Shown: positions 1-12,413 of the stretch, piece by piece
Layout: each line of letters opens with the position of its first letter
Position numbering within the stretch: position 1 is the first letter of the stretch
DNA from: Trichosphaerium sp. ATCC 40318
Taxonomy: Eukaryota > Protista > Tubulinea
Direction: 5' to 3'
Length of the DNA stretch: 64,000 nt
Assembly: GCA_038496445.1 (NCBI GenBank)
Contig: JALMLS010000277.1
Span: 355,091 to 419,090, forward strand
Notes under the pieces: model-generated
Told to the model about the DNA's origin: nothing
What the model saw: only the letters and a program-made list of their open reading frames with translations
Databases searched by the model: none
Program-made: the position numbers and the translations under genes

Positions 1-1542
1 TAAATTTACATCATGTATTAACCTAGAAATTTTCTAAAGAGGAAAAAAATGTTAGCAAGAAAGACAAGTTTTAGGTGAAAAGAAAGACAGTTTTGGAAAA
101 AAGTTTCATGAATAACTTTTCATCGTCAAGGCACGTCTTCGACAGAGAATTAAATGTTTGTGCATGCTGCCTTGATTACAGGCATTAATTACGTGCCTTG
201 ATCATCTTGGAAAAATTGAGATTTTCCAATGCTGCTGTTAGCGATTTCGCGTATTCCACGTCTGGACAGTGATAATATAACGTATTAATTAATCTCAGGG
301 CACTAGCTTGAACCTTATAAAATAATAAGCACAAAAAAAAAAAGTAAAAAATTATTGCTCGCATACAGTAACATCAGTGTTGCTCAAACAATTGACAACA
401 GTGCTATAAGGAGGTGTAGATTCTCCTTGAGACACAACTCTAATATTTCGATCTACAGATATGAATCCAAACCGCTCAGAACTAAAAAACAATAAGAAAT
501 TACCAAAACAATATTTCAAAAAAATACCTCGCGAAATCTGCGGCCAATTGAAGTACGTTCTGGGCTACCTTGCCTTTTGGGCTACTCAAATGTACAAAAA
601 CATTCTTCTAAATGAAATTATGAGCGAATTAGAAGGAAATCCGATAACTTTATCGTACCGCAACGAATTCCTCTGTAAGCTTGTCCCATTCTCTGTTATA
701 TTGCAAAGCTAGATGTAGAGCATGCAAACCATAAGCTAATGCACTTCCTAATACGCACGTGGTAAGTGCCAAACTTGAACAAATCAAAACCGAAAAAAAA
801 AAAAAACTAACCTTCCGCTTTCGTAATGACATCCAATAAACTAACCATACCGCCCATCGACAAGAACTTGTTTGCAAAGGTCGGGTTCTATACAGTGAAA
901 TGAATAACAACAAGCGATCAAAATCAAATATAGCCTTTAAGGTGCTTGCGTAGGCCATTTTTTTGACGTTTAGTTTTTTTTTTGATTTTGTTTTTTTTTT
1001 TGAAATAAAAAATATTTGTGTGAATTAACAATGGTTTGTGGAGCTTGCGTGATCGAGAGCTCAAAATGTTTAAGAGTCAATTGCGTCCACATGTCTTTTT
1101 TTGATTTTGAATTAAAGTGCCAACGTACCGGTAATTGATTTCGTAGTTCCCATACTACAAGTCTCGCCTTTTTTGCGTCCGCTCGCAAGTTTTCTAGCGC
1201 TTGTTTGGCGTTTACTTCGGGAGAAACCGTGAGATGCAGCACAGCGCCGCTGTTTAGCTGGAAATTTGGGTTTGTAAGGTCCTACCAACGTTGAACATAT
1301 TATCAAGAACGAACGATATTTTTTAGCGGTAGATTCCGCTTTGTTTTGTGTATAGTTGGTGCCTGTACCTGTTGAGTTAGGTATTGCTTAGTGGTGGCAA
1401 CTTGAAGCGCATAATCTTTACATTTATTTGGGGCAATACCTGCGAGTATACATATACACTCAATACTGTACGGAAGCGATGCACTCAAATTAAAGTCGTA
1501 ATCAATAACGGTGCGTTCAAAGTGTACTTTGACCTTTACCAT
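1..1542 (-). CDS. ELMO: ELMO-family protein, N-terminal part (RBD/ARM region); multi-exon, continues beyond the window start
   Basis: Spliced exons read MVKVKVHFERTVIDYDFNL...DYALQVATTKQYLTQQ / LHLTVSPEVNAKQALENL / NPTFANKFLSMGGMVSLLDVI / SALAYGLHAL...WDKLTEEFV. These resemble the ELMO N-terminus (ILRLTTSPAQNAQQL; DVTFAQEFI; LAFTL...WDTFSVAFI). The C-terminal ELMO domain lies outside the window. Confidence 0.7.
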
Positions 1543-1734
1543 AGTGTAGATAGCATGCAATTTATAGATAGCGGGTCTCCATTCATACAAAAAGAGGAAA
1601 GTTGTAAAAAGTCAAATCTCAAAGAAATAAGGCGCAAAACGTTATTACACCAAGGCTTCTCAGAGTGCACGCGTAGTAAATAAGTAGCAGCTACAGCATG
1701 CTGATTTTGACTGGTACAGTGAACAGTTTTACCA

Positions 1735-2598
1735 AATCAAAAGTTGCTCAAATCCTCGTCCTCAACCTTTGATTTCGCGGTGTCCTTTGGTTTTGTGTTG
1801 ATCTTGGTGCTCTTTTTTGATACACGTTTACGTCTCTTCTTTGGTGCTCGTCTGAGATGCACATGCTTTATTACTACGCAAAGCGGTTACAGGCGTGTGG
1901 TGTGACTATCGTGACAGATAAAGTTGGTCTTTACAAGTACCTAGTGTGCTTTGTCTTGCTGCATTTGCAGTGTTTGCTGCCGAAAATGCGCCAGATGCAT
2001 TGCTTGCGCCTGTGAAGGCACCGGTCTTGGCAATATTTTGTGTGACACTTTGACTTTTAGCGCTCTGAGCAAACGTAATGCCTTTCTCCAAAAGGAACTC
2101 TCCACCGTCAAAGAAACCTTTTGCACCGATCTCTACATGAATAAGCACAAAGATTGGTTTAATCTGTTGTTAACAAATAAAACGTTGCGCATACGCAGGT
2201 ACGGGTTAACTAGTTTTGGTTCAATCCATCCTCGTAGCCTAAAGTTACAAATTAATGAGTTTAGGTTCAACAACAACGTACGATAAGTGCACCCAACGTC
2301 GCAAGCCTGCGCAGCCTATAGAAACTATGTATGGTTAACGAAAGTTTTTTTTGTAGCGTGTAGTACGTAATGCGCCATCAAACAACATTGTGGTGATAAA
2401 CCTAGCACGTGTCAGGTCATTCGAGTATAGCTACGCACCCCATAGTAAGCAGCAAACTACTTTTGTACTGCTCAAACGTATGCTTCTCTGAACCGTTTGA
2501 CAAGACTTGTCAGTTGGTGAGAGTATGTGCTGTGCGTTGGCGCCTATGAAATTTGTGTATAGTTCAGCGCACAAAATGCCTTTCTTAATACTCTGCAT
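1735..2598 (-). CDS. Hypothetical multi-exon protein; exon structure not fully resolved
   Basis: Several GT-AG-bounded exons, e.g. LRGWIEPKLVNPYL/QIGAKGFFDGGEFLLEKGITFAQS, plus a basic last exon. No family recognised; start and end uncertain. Confidence 0.35.
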
Positions 2599-2624
2599 TT
2601 TAGTCTCTTTTCCTCACTTTAACA

Positions 2625-4251
2625 ATGTCTCACGAGCCATCAGTTAACTATGTACCTTCGGAATTGACGCTTGCTACGCGCAATGCAGGTACACCGGTTA
2701 TTTGTCAATTAGGGTTTTAACAGGCTAGGTATACCTCTGGAGGCATTGAAACACGCCATTACGCCAGTGGGCCTTCATTACTTGCTCGGTCACTACGGTA
2801 CGTGCTCTGTCGTGCTAAAAACGCTCACAAATCATAGATATACCCGTAATTGATAGCAAGAAGTACGCTCTTGAGATAAATGGCAAAGTAGGCACGTCTT
2901 ACCTACTTTAAAGCAAACACGCTAAATCTAGACTGCCAGGTAAATCCTTGAAGCTAACGTTGGATGATATAAAATCAAGACCCAAAGTAACTCAAGCAGT
3001 CACATTAGGTAATTCCGAAATGCGTTAAAACTTGCTTTTTACGCTTACAGACCTTCAGAATGTGCTGGAAATGGTAGATCTTTAGTATCACCACGTAAAA
3101 TAAGCCAACCATGGATCTATAATGCTGTTGGCACTTATGAATGGACAGGAACTCCACTTGGACCGATACTGAAAGAAGCAGGTACGTGCTATTATCGACA
3201 ATATCACGTGATTACTTCTATTTCTTTTCGAATTTCTTAGCGTTCCTACTTTTAGGTATTGGTGATGGTGCGGTCGATGTTGTCTTTACTGGAATGGATA
3301 AGGGTATGGAAGGCGTACTACAGTACTACCAGCGAAAGTTGACAGTGGCGCAAGCCATGGAGGAGGTATGTAGACAGTTAAAAAATATTATTGAGTAACA
3401 ATTTCTTTAGCAAGTGATGCTTGCTTATGAAATGAACGGCATACCTCTGTTACCACAGCATGGCGCGCCACTTCGTCTAGTAGTTCCAGGATGGTAATAG
3501 AATATTCTAAGTACTTTTTCATAACTGATTGCGTAGGTACGGAATGGCAAGCGTTAAAGTGCGTGACAACTTGGGCTGTTAAAAAAATTTCTTCAGAAAA
3601 TTGTTTTTTTGATAAAGAGCTAACTCTGATAGTGGCTTGCACGTATTGAAGTGGTTGATTTCAACTTTAATGGTCCACAACAACAATCGTATACCTTTAG
3701 ACAGTCAAGTACAAGTCCTAGGACAGAAGTAACCGAAATTTCAGTTAGATCACTTATGGTACCTCCTGGTATCCCAACTTTCTTGAAGCGTCACAGATTA
3801 GTGACAGTGGGTACTGTAGAGATTACGTAAGCTTAGTAATTTAATTACATGTTCTTTTAAATACTTACAACATTCGCAAGAGGCCGCGCTTGGGCTGGTA
3901 GCAAGGCTATCACAAAAGTAGAGTTTTCTTCGGATAACGGTGCTACTTGGAAGGATGCAACCATTGAAAAAGATTCTACGTTATCGAAGTATGCTTGGAC
4001 TGGTTGGTCAGTTTCTTGGGATGCCAAAGAAGGTAGTTTGATTGTTGATATACTTTTGCTTTTCTAATGTTTTTTTGGAAAAAGGCGACTGTGTTTTGCG
4101 TTGTAGAGCAACAGATGATGCTGGTAATGTACAACCGGAAGAATGTGAATGGAATTATGGTGGTTATGCTGTTAATCCATGGCAAAAAGTTATTGTCAAG
4201 GTAGTACCTAAAGCAGAACTAGAATTGAACAGAGATGCCAAAAAATGGTAA
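2625..4251 (+). CDS. Molybdopterin sulfite-oxidase-family oxidoreductase (bacterial/actinobacterial type, no heme domain); ~9 exons
   Basis: Spliced: MSHEP...ELTLATRNAGIPLEALKHAITPVGLHYLLGHYDIP, VTLECAGNGR (Mo-ligating Cys), SQPW...[49 protein letters not shown]...VEFSSDNGATW, RATDDAGNVQP. Contains a GC-AG intron at 2892-2939. Confidence 0.93.
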
Positions 4252-4524
4252 AAAAAACCGTTTCGGAGATTTTTTTCAAAGTCTGTTGGTATTGTTCCGA
4301 GATGTAAATGTCTTATTAAAACAACATTGAGAAAAAGATGTAATTTTATGTTGCTTGATGACTACGTCGATCACAAGGACAAGTACTGCAACTATGACAG
4401 TAATCGTGATGGAGATAAAAAATGAAGGATTGGAGAAAATGAAACGTGAAGTAATGCGGGCTGATACAATAACATAAATGATAATTGCTTTTGTTAAGCC
4501 AGGAAGAGTTTATAAACTTATTAT

Positions 4525-5320
4525 TTAAATAATGCCGTTGAGGGTAATTTTGCCAAAATAACGTAAAGTCCCTCGGTAATCTGAAGCACTGTAAGGATAG
4601 ATACGAATTGTCGCTGAGGTTGTAGCAACAGTGCCAGATGAGAAATCGATTTGAAGTCCTGCTGCGAATGGTCTGGAGGGAACTGAGCTTGGACCAAACT
4701 TAACGAAAGCTCCGCCGTCAATAGAAACCTGAAAGCTGAATCCCCTTGGTCCCTTGCTACTACTTCTATGATGGAACCTGTGAAAGAGAAGCAAATAAGC
4801 TAGTTGCAACAAAAAATCACATGAATGTGTTCAATCAAAAAAAAATACTGTCTACTTACATAACGTTACTAAGTGTCGTGGCTGCGGAGGTTGTAAAACC
4901 AAACTCAAGATATTCCGATAGCGCAACAGCATCTTCCAGTGTATTCCCAGGTTTGAATCCTATTTGGTTGTTAAACATGGCGCTACGAGTTGGGTTTTTT
5001 CAGTTCAAAACAAAAACCATCAGAGTGAGATTGTAAAAAAAGCTGCTAAGATGCGTTTTGTACCTGCTGAGTTAAACGCGTTCTTTGTTGCTCTTTCGTA
5101 TATACCACTCCCTCTCACGAATGCACCTGGTGTAATCTCACATGCAGATGAACTGGCCGTTAGAAACGGCGCCTCTGTGGCATCGTATTCAACAAGTACG
5201 ACCTAAAAGTAAACAGTTTAGATTTCTGTGTACAACAGTTTCCGGAGTTCTGGAGATGTAACGTACTTGACTTACTACAAGATGTAGTACAGCAACAAAT
5301 ATGATAGAGAAGGTACGCAT
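4525..5320 (-). CDS. Small secreted protein with a bacterial surface-protein-like beta domain; 4 exons
   Basis: Signal-peptide-like MRTFSIIFVAVLHLVVSQ. Spliced body FVRGSGIY...FNSAGFKPGNTLEDAVALSEYLEFGFTT...RSSSKGPRGFSFQVSIDGGAF...IRIYPYSA. Canonical GT-AG introns keep the frame to TAA at 4525. Confidence 0.7.
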
Positions 5321-5957
5321 GTTGTTTGTGATAACTACGTTGTACGTTTGTTTTCGTCCATTCATTGAAACTGTTCCGACACGAGGAGTCTCTTAAAAAA
5401 ACGTGATCGCCCGTGCATTGTTACATTTCACGTACCATCTCGACGGTTCTTTATATTCCGTGGTTGATTTAAGCTACGGCTATGGGTTTTTCAATAATGG
5501 CCTGAGTTAGCTGCCTCTTTAAAGGTTACTGCTATTCCAAAGGCCGCAGAGTTGAGTTAAAACAAACAAGCGAACTATAAATAAAAATGTTTGCAGAATT
5601 TGCATTACCCACAACCTGGCAGTACTCAAAAAAGCTGCTAACAAAGTAACCAAAAACACTGCTATAAATGTTAATTGTTTAATATCAATTAGGTTTGCTG
5701 CCACCGGGGCCTGTACATGGGTGTTTATTTTCTATTTTTCTAGAAATTTTAGGTGCAATGTTTTTACCACTCCACCTCCCTACTTTATATAATCATATGA
5801 TCCAGATTATTCGATTACAACATGTCCATTTCTATCATAAGCAACCGCCGTTTGGTTGAAGATGTCCTTTAGTAAATCACGTGATTCTAAGGGCCACACT
5901 TGTTAAGAGTACCGGTTTTGCAAATGTGATAATACAACAGTTTTGTTACAAATAAAA

Positions 5958-8049
5958 CTATTTGTAAAAGTTATCAATAGATTTGTTCATAATTGAACCC
6001 TTGTGATCATTATACACTAGAGGTATATCTGGCCTGTACTAAAGTTAAAAAAACATCTCTTAAGGTGAACAAAATAGAGCAGCATCAAGAGTAAGCGGCA
6101 CCAAAATACTTCAAGATGTAAACGTAAAGGGTTTTACCTTTCTTTTGCAATTGTTGCTGCCAAAGAGTCTTTTGTTTTATCCCACCAATATGGTATAATT
6201 ATTACAGTCAAACCTAAGGTAAATTAAAACAAAGTAAAAAAGGGAGACATCTCAAGGAGCTCCAATTTTGGTACCTCCATTTTGACACATTTCTTTTTTA
6301 ATTTTATCTCTCTTTTGTTGTACATGCGATGGCCCTGTCCATTGCTGATTATCCTGATAGTGATGTTCCCCTTGTTAAAAAAATAAAGATAAGAATAAGA
6401 AAGAGACAGAATATATTTTTAAAGAGTACCTTGGTATTCAACAACAAGGTTAAACAAAGGCACATAAATATCGACTTGAATAGGAACAGATTGACCCAAA
6501 AATTCCGCCAAGTTATACTCTTCAAATACATCTGTACCGCTGGGTAGCGCTTGTTGAACTTGCCGAAGAAGAAACCTAACAAAAAGAAAGTAAGAAATAA
6601 GTGAGAAAATAGGGAGCCTAGAAAAATCGAACTTTTTTTTTGTACAACTCACTTTTGTGCAGAGCGCTTCCTATCTCTATGAAAGAGACTCCAGTCCCAT
6701 TTAATATCTTTATATAATTTCTTGAGTATTTTAGGGAAAAGTCCTCTTTGTACTAAAGTATATCCACCAAGGTCTTTGATTTGTAGATAAGAAATATTGT
6801 ACCAGTCTTTTGGATCCTTTATGTTTAAATCTTTTTCAACGTCTACAGTACTGGTAAAACAACAGTTTGTGTTTATAAATAATCTCATACCGTTGAGGAA
6901 GCTTGTTATATTCTCAAAATTGTTCCAAAAGCCCATTGGAACACATCTAAAGATGAAACTTAGACGGTCTTTTTTCTATTAAAAACGCTCACTTGAATTT
7001 ATACGTTTTCCAGGTATATTGAGGATACACAGTTCTCAAAGCATCAGGCAGAGATTTATATCTATAACGATATAAGTAAGAATATCTTAGAACTAATATT
7101 GCTGAGTTTGTGGAAGGACAACTTACTCTCTTGCCAAACCAAAGTAACCACCTATGTTTTGTAATCTTTCTACTGTTAATGTATACCAATCATCGAATGT
7201 TTTCATTCCAAGTTCATCTCCTATACCCTCAAAGTATACAACATGATTTTTTTTATCTTCAAAAAAGAATCGCAGCGTTGTACTACACCTCAGAGTTAAT
7301 CACGTGGTGTTTAAAACAAAAACATTGGTTCTAAAAACGTGATTTAAAAAGCACTCACGTGAACTCCCATGGCTTCCAATCAAATTCAGGATACAACACA
7401 GACATTGCGCTGGATATTGTATTATTATACCTTCAAAAAAAGTAAGCACAATCAGGGCAGAAGCCAATAAAAGCGAAACAAGAAATGATTGCTCGGGATT
7501 TTTTTTTGTACCTGTTTAAGATACCACTACCACCACAAGCCAGAATATCGTCTCTGGGGATATGGTACCAATCACTTGTGCAATGTACAGCAAGTCTACT
7601 TCCTACATAATCAAATCGTCGCCTCTGTCTTGTGATATTGTCCCAGTAGTCCCGAGGGACGCTATTTTAGTTATTTTTTGGTGTTGCAGGTTAGTGGCTC
7701 GTACCTTGTAACATCTTTTCTGTATTTATGATTAGATGGCAGTAATGCCTTTAATAGCGCTGGGACAGAATCGTCATACCTTAGAGGTAAGTATTTTCAA
7801 CGTTTAAACGTTATTGTACTTTTTTAAAAGGGTTGATACGCCTACTCCGCGTATTAATCGTTGTGAAACGGTTTGCCAGCCATCTGATGTACATACATGT
7901 AATTTTCTTGCGATATGCTGTAATTCGTGGCGTTGATTATCTATACTGTTCCAATAGCCATATGTCTTGTGGTTTAATGACTTTTTGGTTGTCTTGGGAT
8001 AGTAACCTCGACGTTTGACACGTTTGGCACTTGATGATATGGCACTCAT
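5958..8049 (-). CDS. Tandem-repeat protein (4 x ~70-aa GYW/DWY/YP-W repeats) with a C-terminal Vsr/DUF559-like PD-(D/E)xK endonuclease domain; ~12 exons
   Basis: Repeats: YGYWNSIDNQR...DGWQ; PRDYWDNITRQRRRFD...DWYHI...GG...LYPEFDWKPWEF; FFEDKKNHVVYFE...DDWYT...VYPQYTWKTYKF; PMGFWNNFEN...DWYNI...GG. C-terminus: QVDIYVPLFNLVVEYQGEHHY...RDKIKKEMC...LTVIIIPYWWD. Confidence 0.82.
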
Positions 8050-8544
8050 TCATCGTAGCGTGGCAGGTTGCGTAAGTCGCGAACAGCCGTATTTGGTTGG
8101 CAATTAGAGTCTAATAAAGACTTTAATTCTCTACAACAATCTTTCGGAATATTGTTCGTTTATTATTACTTAAGGACCCTTAAATAGCTATCTCTGCCGT
8201 TAAAGATAGTGCTTGTTATTACAACACAGGTGGTGCGAGTATATTGCAATCTTTATTGGGTTAATCTCAGTGCAAACAGTCCTGTGTTCGACAGATAAAT
8301 TATTCACTAGTTGGTGTTTTCAGTGAACATACAAGCTGCCAATAAATAAGTGCTTGTGCAAGTACTGTTCGTAAAATTTTATACCCTTTGAATCTTATGA
8401 TCAGAAAGCATGTTTCCATGTGCGAAAGTAGTAAGATTGGTTTCAGGAATATTTATTTGAAGTTTTGTTTGTACATTTTATATTCTTTTTTATGATACAG
8501 TTTTAGTTTTGTTGTTTTTCTGTTTTCTTACTTTAACGATTACT

Positions 8545-11500
8545 TTACAAGTGAATAGTATTACATTCAAAAGCTCTTCCTTCTACCTGTGGTATAGAAG
8601 GCAAAGAAGCCCTACTTGCACTTCTTCTAGAATGAGTAGAAATAGGAGAAAGTACTTTTGCAGGTTTTGATTTAGAACGTCGTCTCTTCTTTGGTGCGGG
8701 CTTTATCTCTGAGGTACTATGATACGTTTTTGTACCAAAAAGCATAGCAATTGATCCTTTAGTTTTTGTACCAGAACTAGTCCTAGACCTCCCTTTTCGT
8801 GCTAATTAACAGGTGTTAGCTTTTATTTGTCAATCCTCAAAAAAAAGGAAATTTCGGGGTTTTTTCGTACCCAGATTGTCAAGCGAGTTACTACCTTTCA
8901 AATGTATTTTGGAAGTCTTTGATGTTGCTCTCATAGAATGTCTCCTAGGTGATAACCATGTTAAAAATACTTGTTGTTGTTGGACTTAACGGTACGTACT
9001 TTTTCTTGTTAGGTAAACGGTGTTGGTCTACGTGAGAACTCAAGCGTCGTGATTTTATTGTCTATTAAGACAAATTAGAAACACATGTTGAAATGTTAAC
9101 AAAAAAGAAACTTACTTGATAACTTTCTGTCAAATTTAACAAGCGTTGCTGTCTAAGACCACTCATACGAGTACTCAATAATGGAACTGTACGAAGAGCT
9201 GTTCGGTCAGCGTTGATTACTAAAAAGTGGTAAGAGGAGGACACAAGGGGAAGATTTCTGAGAGGCAAACAAATACATACATTTTGTTATAAAACGTATT
9301 TGGTCTTCTTCCGAATCTTCAAGTTGTTCTGGTAGGTAAGGTGGATATGGAGTTATAGGCTTTTTATTGGCAAATTCGACCCTGTGAATAAGTTGTCAGT
9401 AATTATGTTAGACAAGGCGACATACCTATACCGTATAGTGCGATCTTTTGCACGTTCTTTTCTAACAACAACAAAAACTTCTAAATAATTATTGTTAGTT
9501 GGAGAAGCTGCGTTTCAGGACTACGCACGGTTGACTTGTGATCGTATCAAAGACAGATCTAGGGGTTCTTTACCTTCTCTGAATATTATTACAACACAGT
9601 CATTACCAATGTGTCGTTTTCTAGGGAAGGGAGTAAATGAGGTGTTGTTCATTGAATCGCATAGAAAAGGCGAAAAAAAAAATTCATGTCGTGCCTAGTT
9701 GGATCAGAAGGATATATAGGAATAAGCGTTGAAACGTGATAACACACTTGTAAATCTCCCATTTGTTTATAAACTGTATGTTTCCCTGTGAGGTCAGCTT
9801 GAGGGCATTAGTACATAAGCAAAACAATAAAAACAGTTTTTCACAATCAGAAAAAAAAAGAAACTGAAAGAATTAATTACTTTTTGTATCCAGCGAAGCG
9901 TTGAATCCTTTGAACCCTTTAAGGACCACTCGGTTACCCAAAAACCTTAGAAAAGCCTCGAAAGAGGGTGAGTGATGAGCTATAATAAAGACATAAGAAC
10001 ACCAATGCAACACAACACAACAATACGTACTATTTTCATACCACTCATCTTCAGTTTTCTGCTTACAAGGAGCATAGAGAACACCAAAAGCATAATTCTT
10101 CTTATGAGAAACATCGCTATCTATTTTAGATAGTTCAGGGAATATTATAGGGTTTCCTATCTAAAGCGACAATCAGTAAATTAACATTTTTGATAACAAG
10201 AGGTAGTGTTACTCGTGCAAAGTTCATTTTATCCAACACTTCAGGAGTGTGATTTAACTCAACATCTGCAAGGTACTTAAGTTGCTCCTTTTTTCCCGTA
10301 ATTCTTTTGGGCACCATGCGTCTTTTAACACCCTGTATCCAAAAGTAAGCTTTCGAACATATATTTTCAACAAAAATAAAAGAGACACAAGAGCTATCTA
10401 CACGAACAAGTAGTACTATGTTTAGATAAACTTAAGCGAGTCCCACTTAAGACAAACACTTATGCCCTTATATTAGAACGTACATTAACACCAAAAACCA
10501 GTGCTATGGTATCTTTGAGTTCCGTAGTCTTGACACAAAATACAAACGGATCGAAACTCAATTTGTCGTCTATCCATATTTTTGAGTCTAATAACGTCAT
10601 TTAGTATAATAGTGTACGGGTATTATTAATTAATAAAACAAGCAAAGCAAAATACTATTAAAAAACTAGTTTGAGTTTAAGGCAAGTGCAAACGTACTCA
10701 TATGTGTAAAATTATCTTCGAAAAAAATCTCGTTTTCTATTACTCTCGGCGAATCAAGTTGCTTTCTACGTTTACCAGTTTCGAACTCATATCCCTCTAT
10801 GGATGTATCTATAAGAAGACACTTATCCTTAGCAGTCTAAATAAACGTAAGCGATGTAAGAACAAGATGTAGAGGCTAACCAATGACCACGATTTTTGTG
10901 GTTTAACATCTGACCAAGCGTTATTATTTTTAATTGTATATTTATATACTTCACGTGTCAGTTTATCAAAATCAAATCCTTCACCAACATAATTATTATT
11001 ATGTTGAAATATAATATCATCTTTACATAAAGCAACAACACCACCTAATTGCCTACGGAAGAAAAACGTTAGAAGTTGAAGAAAAAGTAGCCAAAAAAAA
11101 TTGCGAGAAAAGTTTTCTAGTAAAATGATAGCGAAATCACTTACTTTTCGTCACCACGTGGAGTAATTTGAGGATATCCCTCTTCCATGGCATTAGATAT
11201 AGACTCCAATGACTTTTGTGACAAGCAATACTTCTCACCGTAGAGCATACCAAATGAGCTGTAAAGATACTGTTCTTTATCAATAAGAAGAACACCAGGA
11301 AACTGTGTATTCTTTAAGAACGCCTTAGCCTGAGCAGGCGTTCCGTTTGTCAGTCCTACTATATTTACTCCCATACTCTCTAATTCGTCCATTTTCTCAT
11401 TAAATAGTGCTGTTGTACGATAAGTATGTGCACTAGAAGCAAAGTAAGAAATTCATCGGGTGAATTTTTTTTGTACCAGCCGAGATGACGTAAAAAAACA

Positions 11501-12413
11501 ACTACTGTTGGATAATCTCCAATCGCAGTTTTAAAATCAATAGACTCATTAGATGCAGTCTTAAGTATAGTCATGTAAGGGTCTAGTAAAGGTGTGTAAG
11601 TTACAATATCAGAAAACCAAACGAAAGTCCGAATATTCGTTTGTTTTGTCATTGCGAACAAGCCTTGCTTTCTGATTTATTGGAGTTATCCTTTAATAAC
11701 TACATCATAAAAAGAGTTCTTAAAGCGAATTTTGAGAGTACTTTTTTCGCTTTGACCAAAATAGGATACAGGAGTGCGTACCTTTTGCACCAGACGATTC
11801 GTCGTCAACTGTCTGTCCGCTGAAACTGGCAGCAAAGCTCCCTCTACCCGATGCAGACTCTCCTGATAAGGAACGAGTCCGGGTATGTTTCAAGCTTACT
11901 GCAGGCTCCGGAACTGCGCACAGTGTGAGCATATCGTTGTACCATCCTTGCATATCACCTAAGTTAAACAATTAATGTGTTTCTTCTATTATCCTTTGAG
12001 TATAGGCGTAAAAGCGTAAGCAACAGGTCTTTTTGGCATCGTACACGAAGGGTCACCTTGAAGAACATGTTTTTTCCCTCCCTATGTCTTAATTAGCTAC
12101 ACTGTGTATACTGCGGGCATGCCTTGGTTTTTATCTCGATCTTAGGCCAGGTGGAGCTCTTTTTATCAAACGCCAATGTTGAACCCTTTAATTCTATTAC
12201 TCCCTTTGGTGTGTTGTTCATAGCGACGGTTTGCGATGGATCGTCGTCATAATACGCAATCTGATTAAATAAGCATCTAGCTCAATACTGAGGTAACATT
12301 TTGTGACGCACTTGTGCATTCAAAGGGTCCAACTGCAACCACAAGGGTTGAAACTTATTTCTAAACTTGCTTTTTTTATTTAAAAAGCCTGCTCTATTCA
12401 CACCAGCGGACAT
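8545..12413 (-). CDS. PH domain + AhpC/TSA-like redoxin (PRXL2/FAM213-like) + RapGAP fusion protein; many exons
   Basis: N-terminal PH-like RAGFLNKKSKFRNKFQPLWLQL...PKGVIEL...DMQGWY. Middle VVVFLRHLGCAHT...LESMGVNIVGLTNGT...FPGVLLIDKEQYLYSSFG...RQLGG. RapGAP YHVSTLIP...RKRHIGNDCVVIIF, followed by a basic low-complexity tail. Start may extend further upstream. Confidence 0.8.

Noticed and set aside
2200-2320. RINGv-like fragment (C.G..RWVH...L..WI) in the unresolved minus-strand gene
   Set aside because: Required Cys ligands are missing in the spliced frame.
11430-11500. Possible selenoprotein (SelU/PRXL2-type UGA) in the redoxin domain
   Set aside because: The split codon is TG|T = Cys (RHLGCAHT). 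No in-frame TGA and no SECIS recognised.
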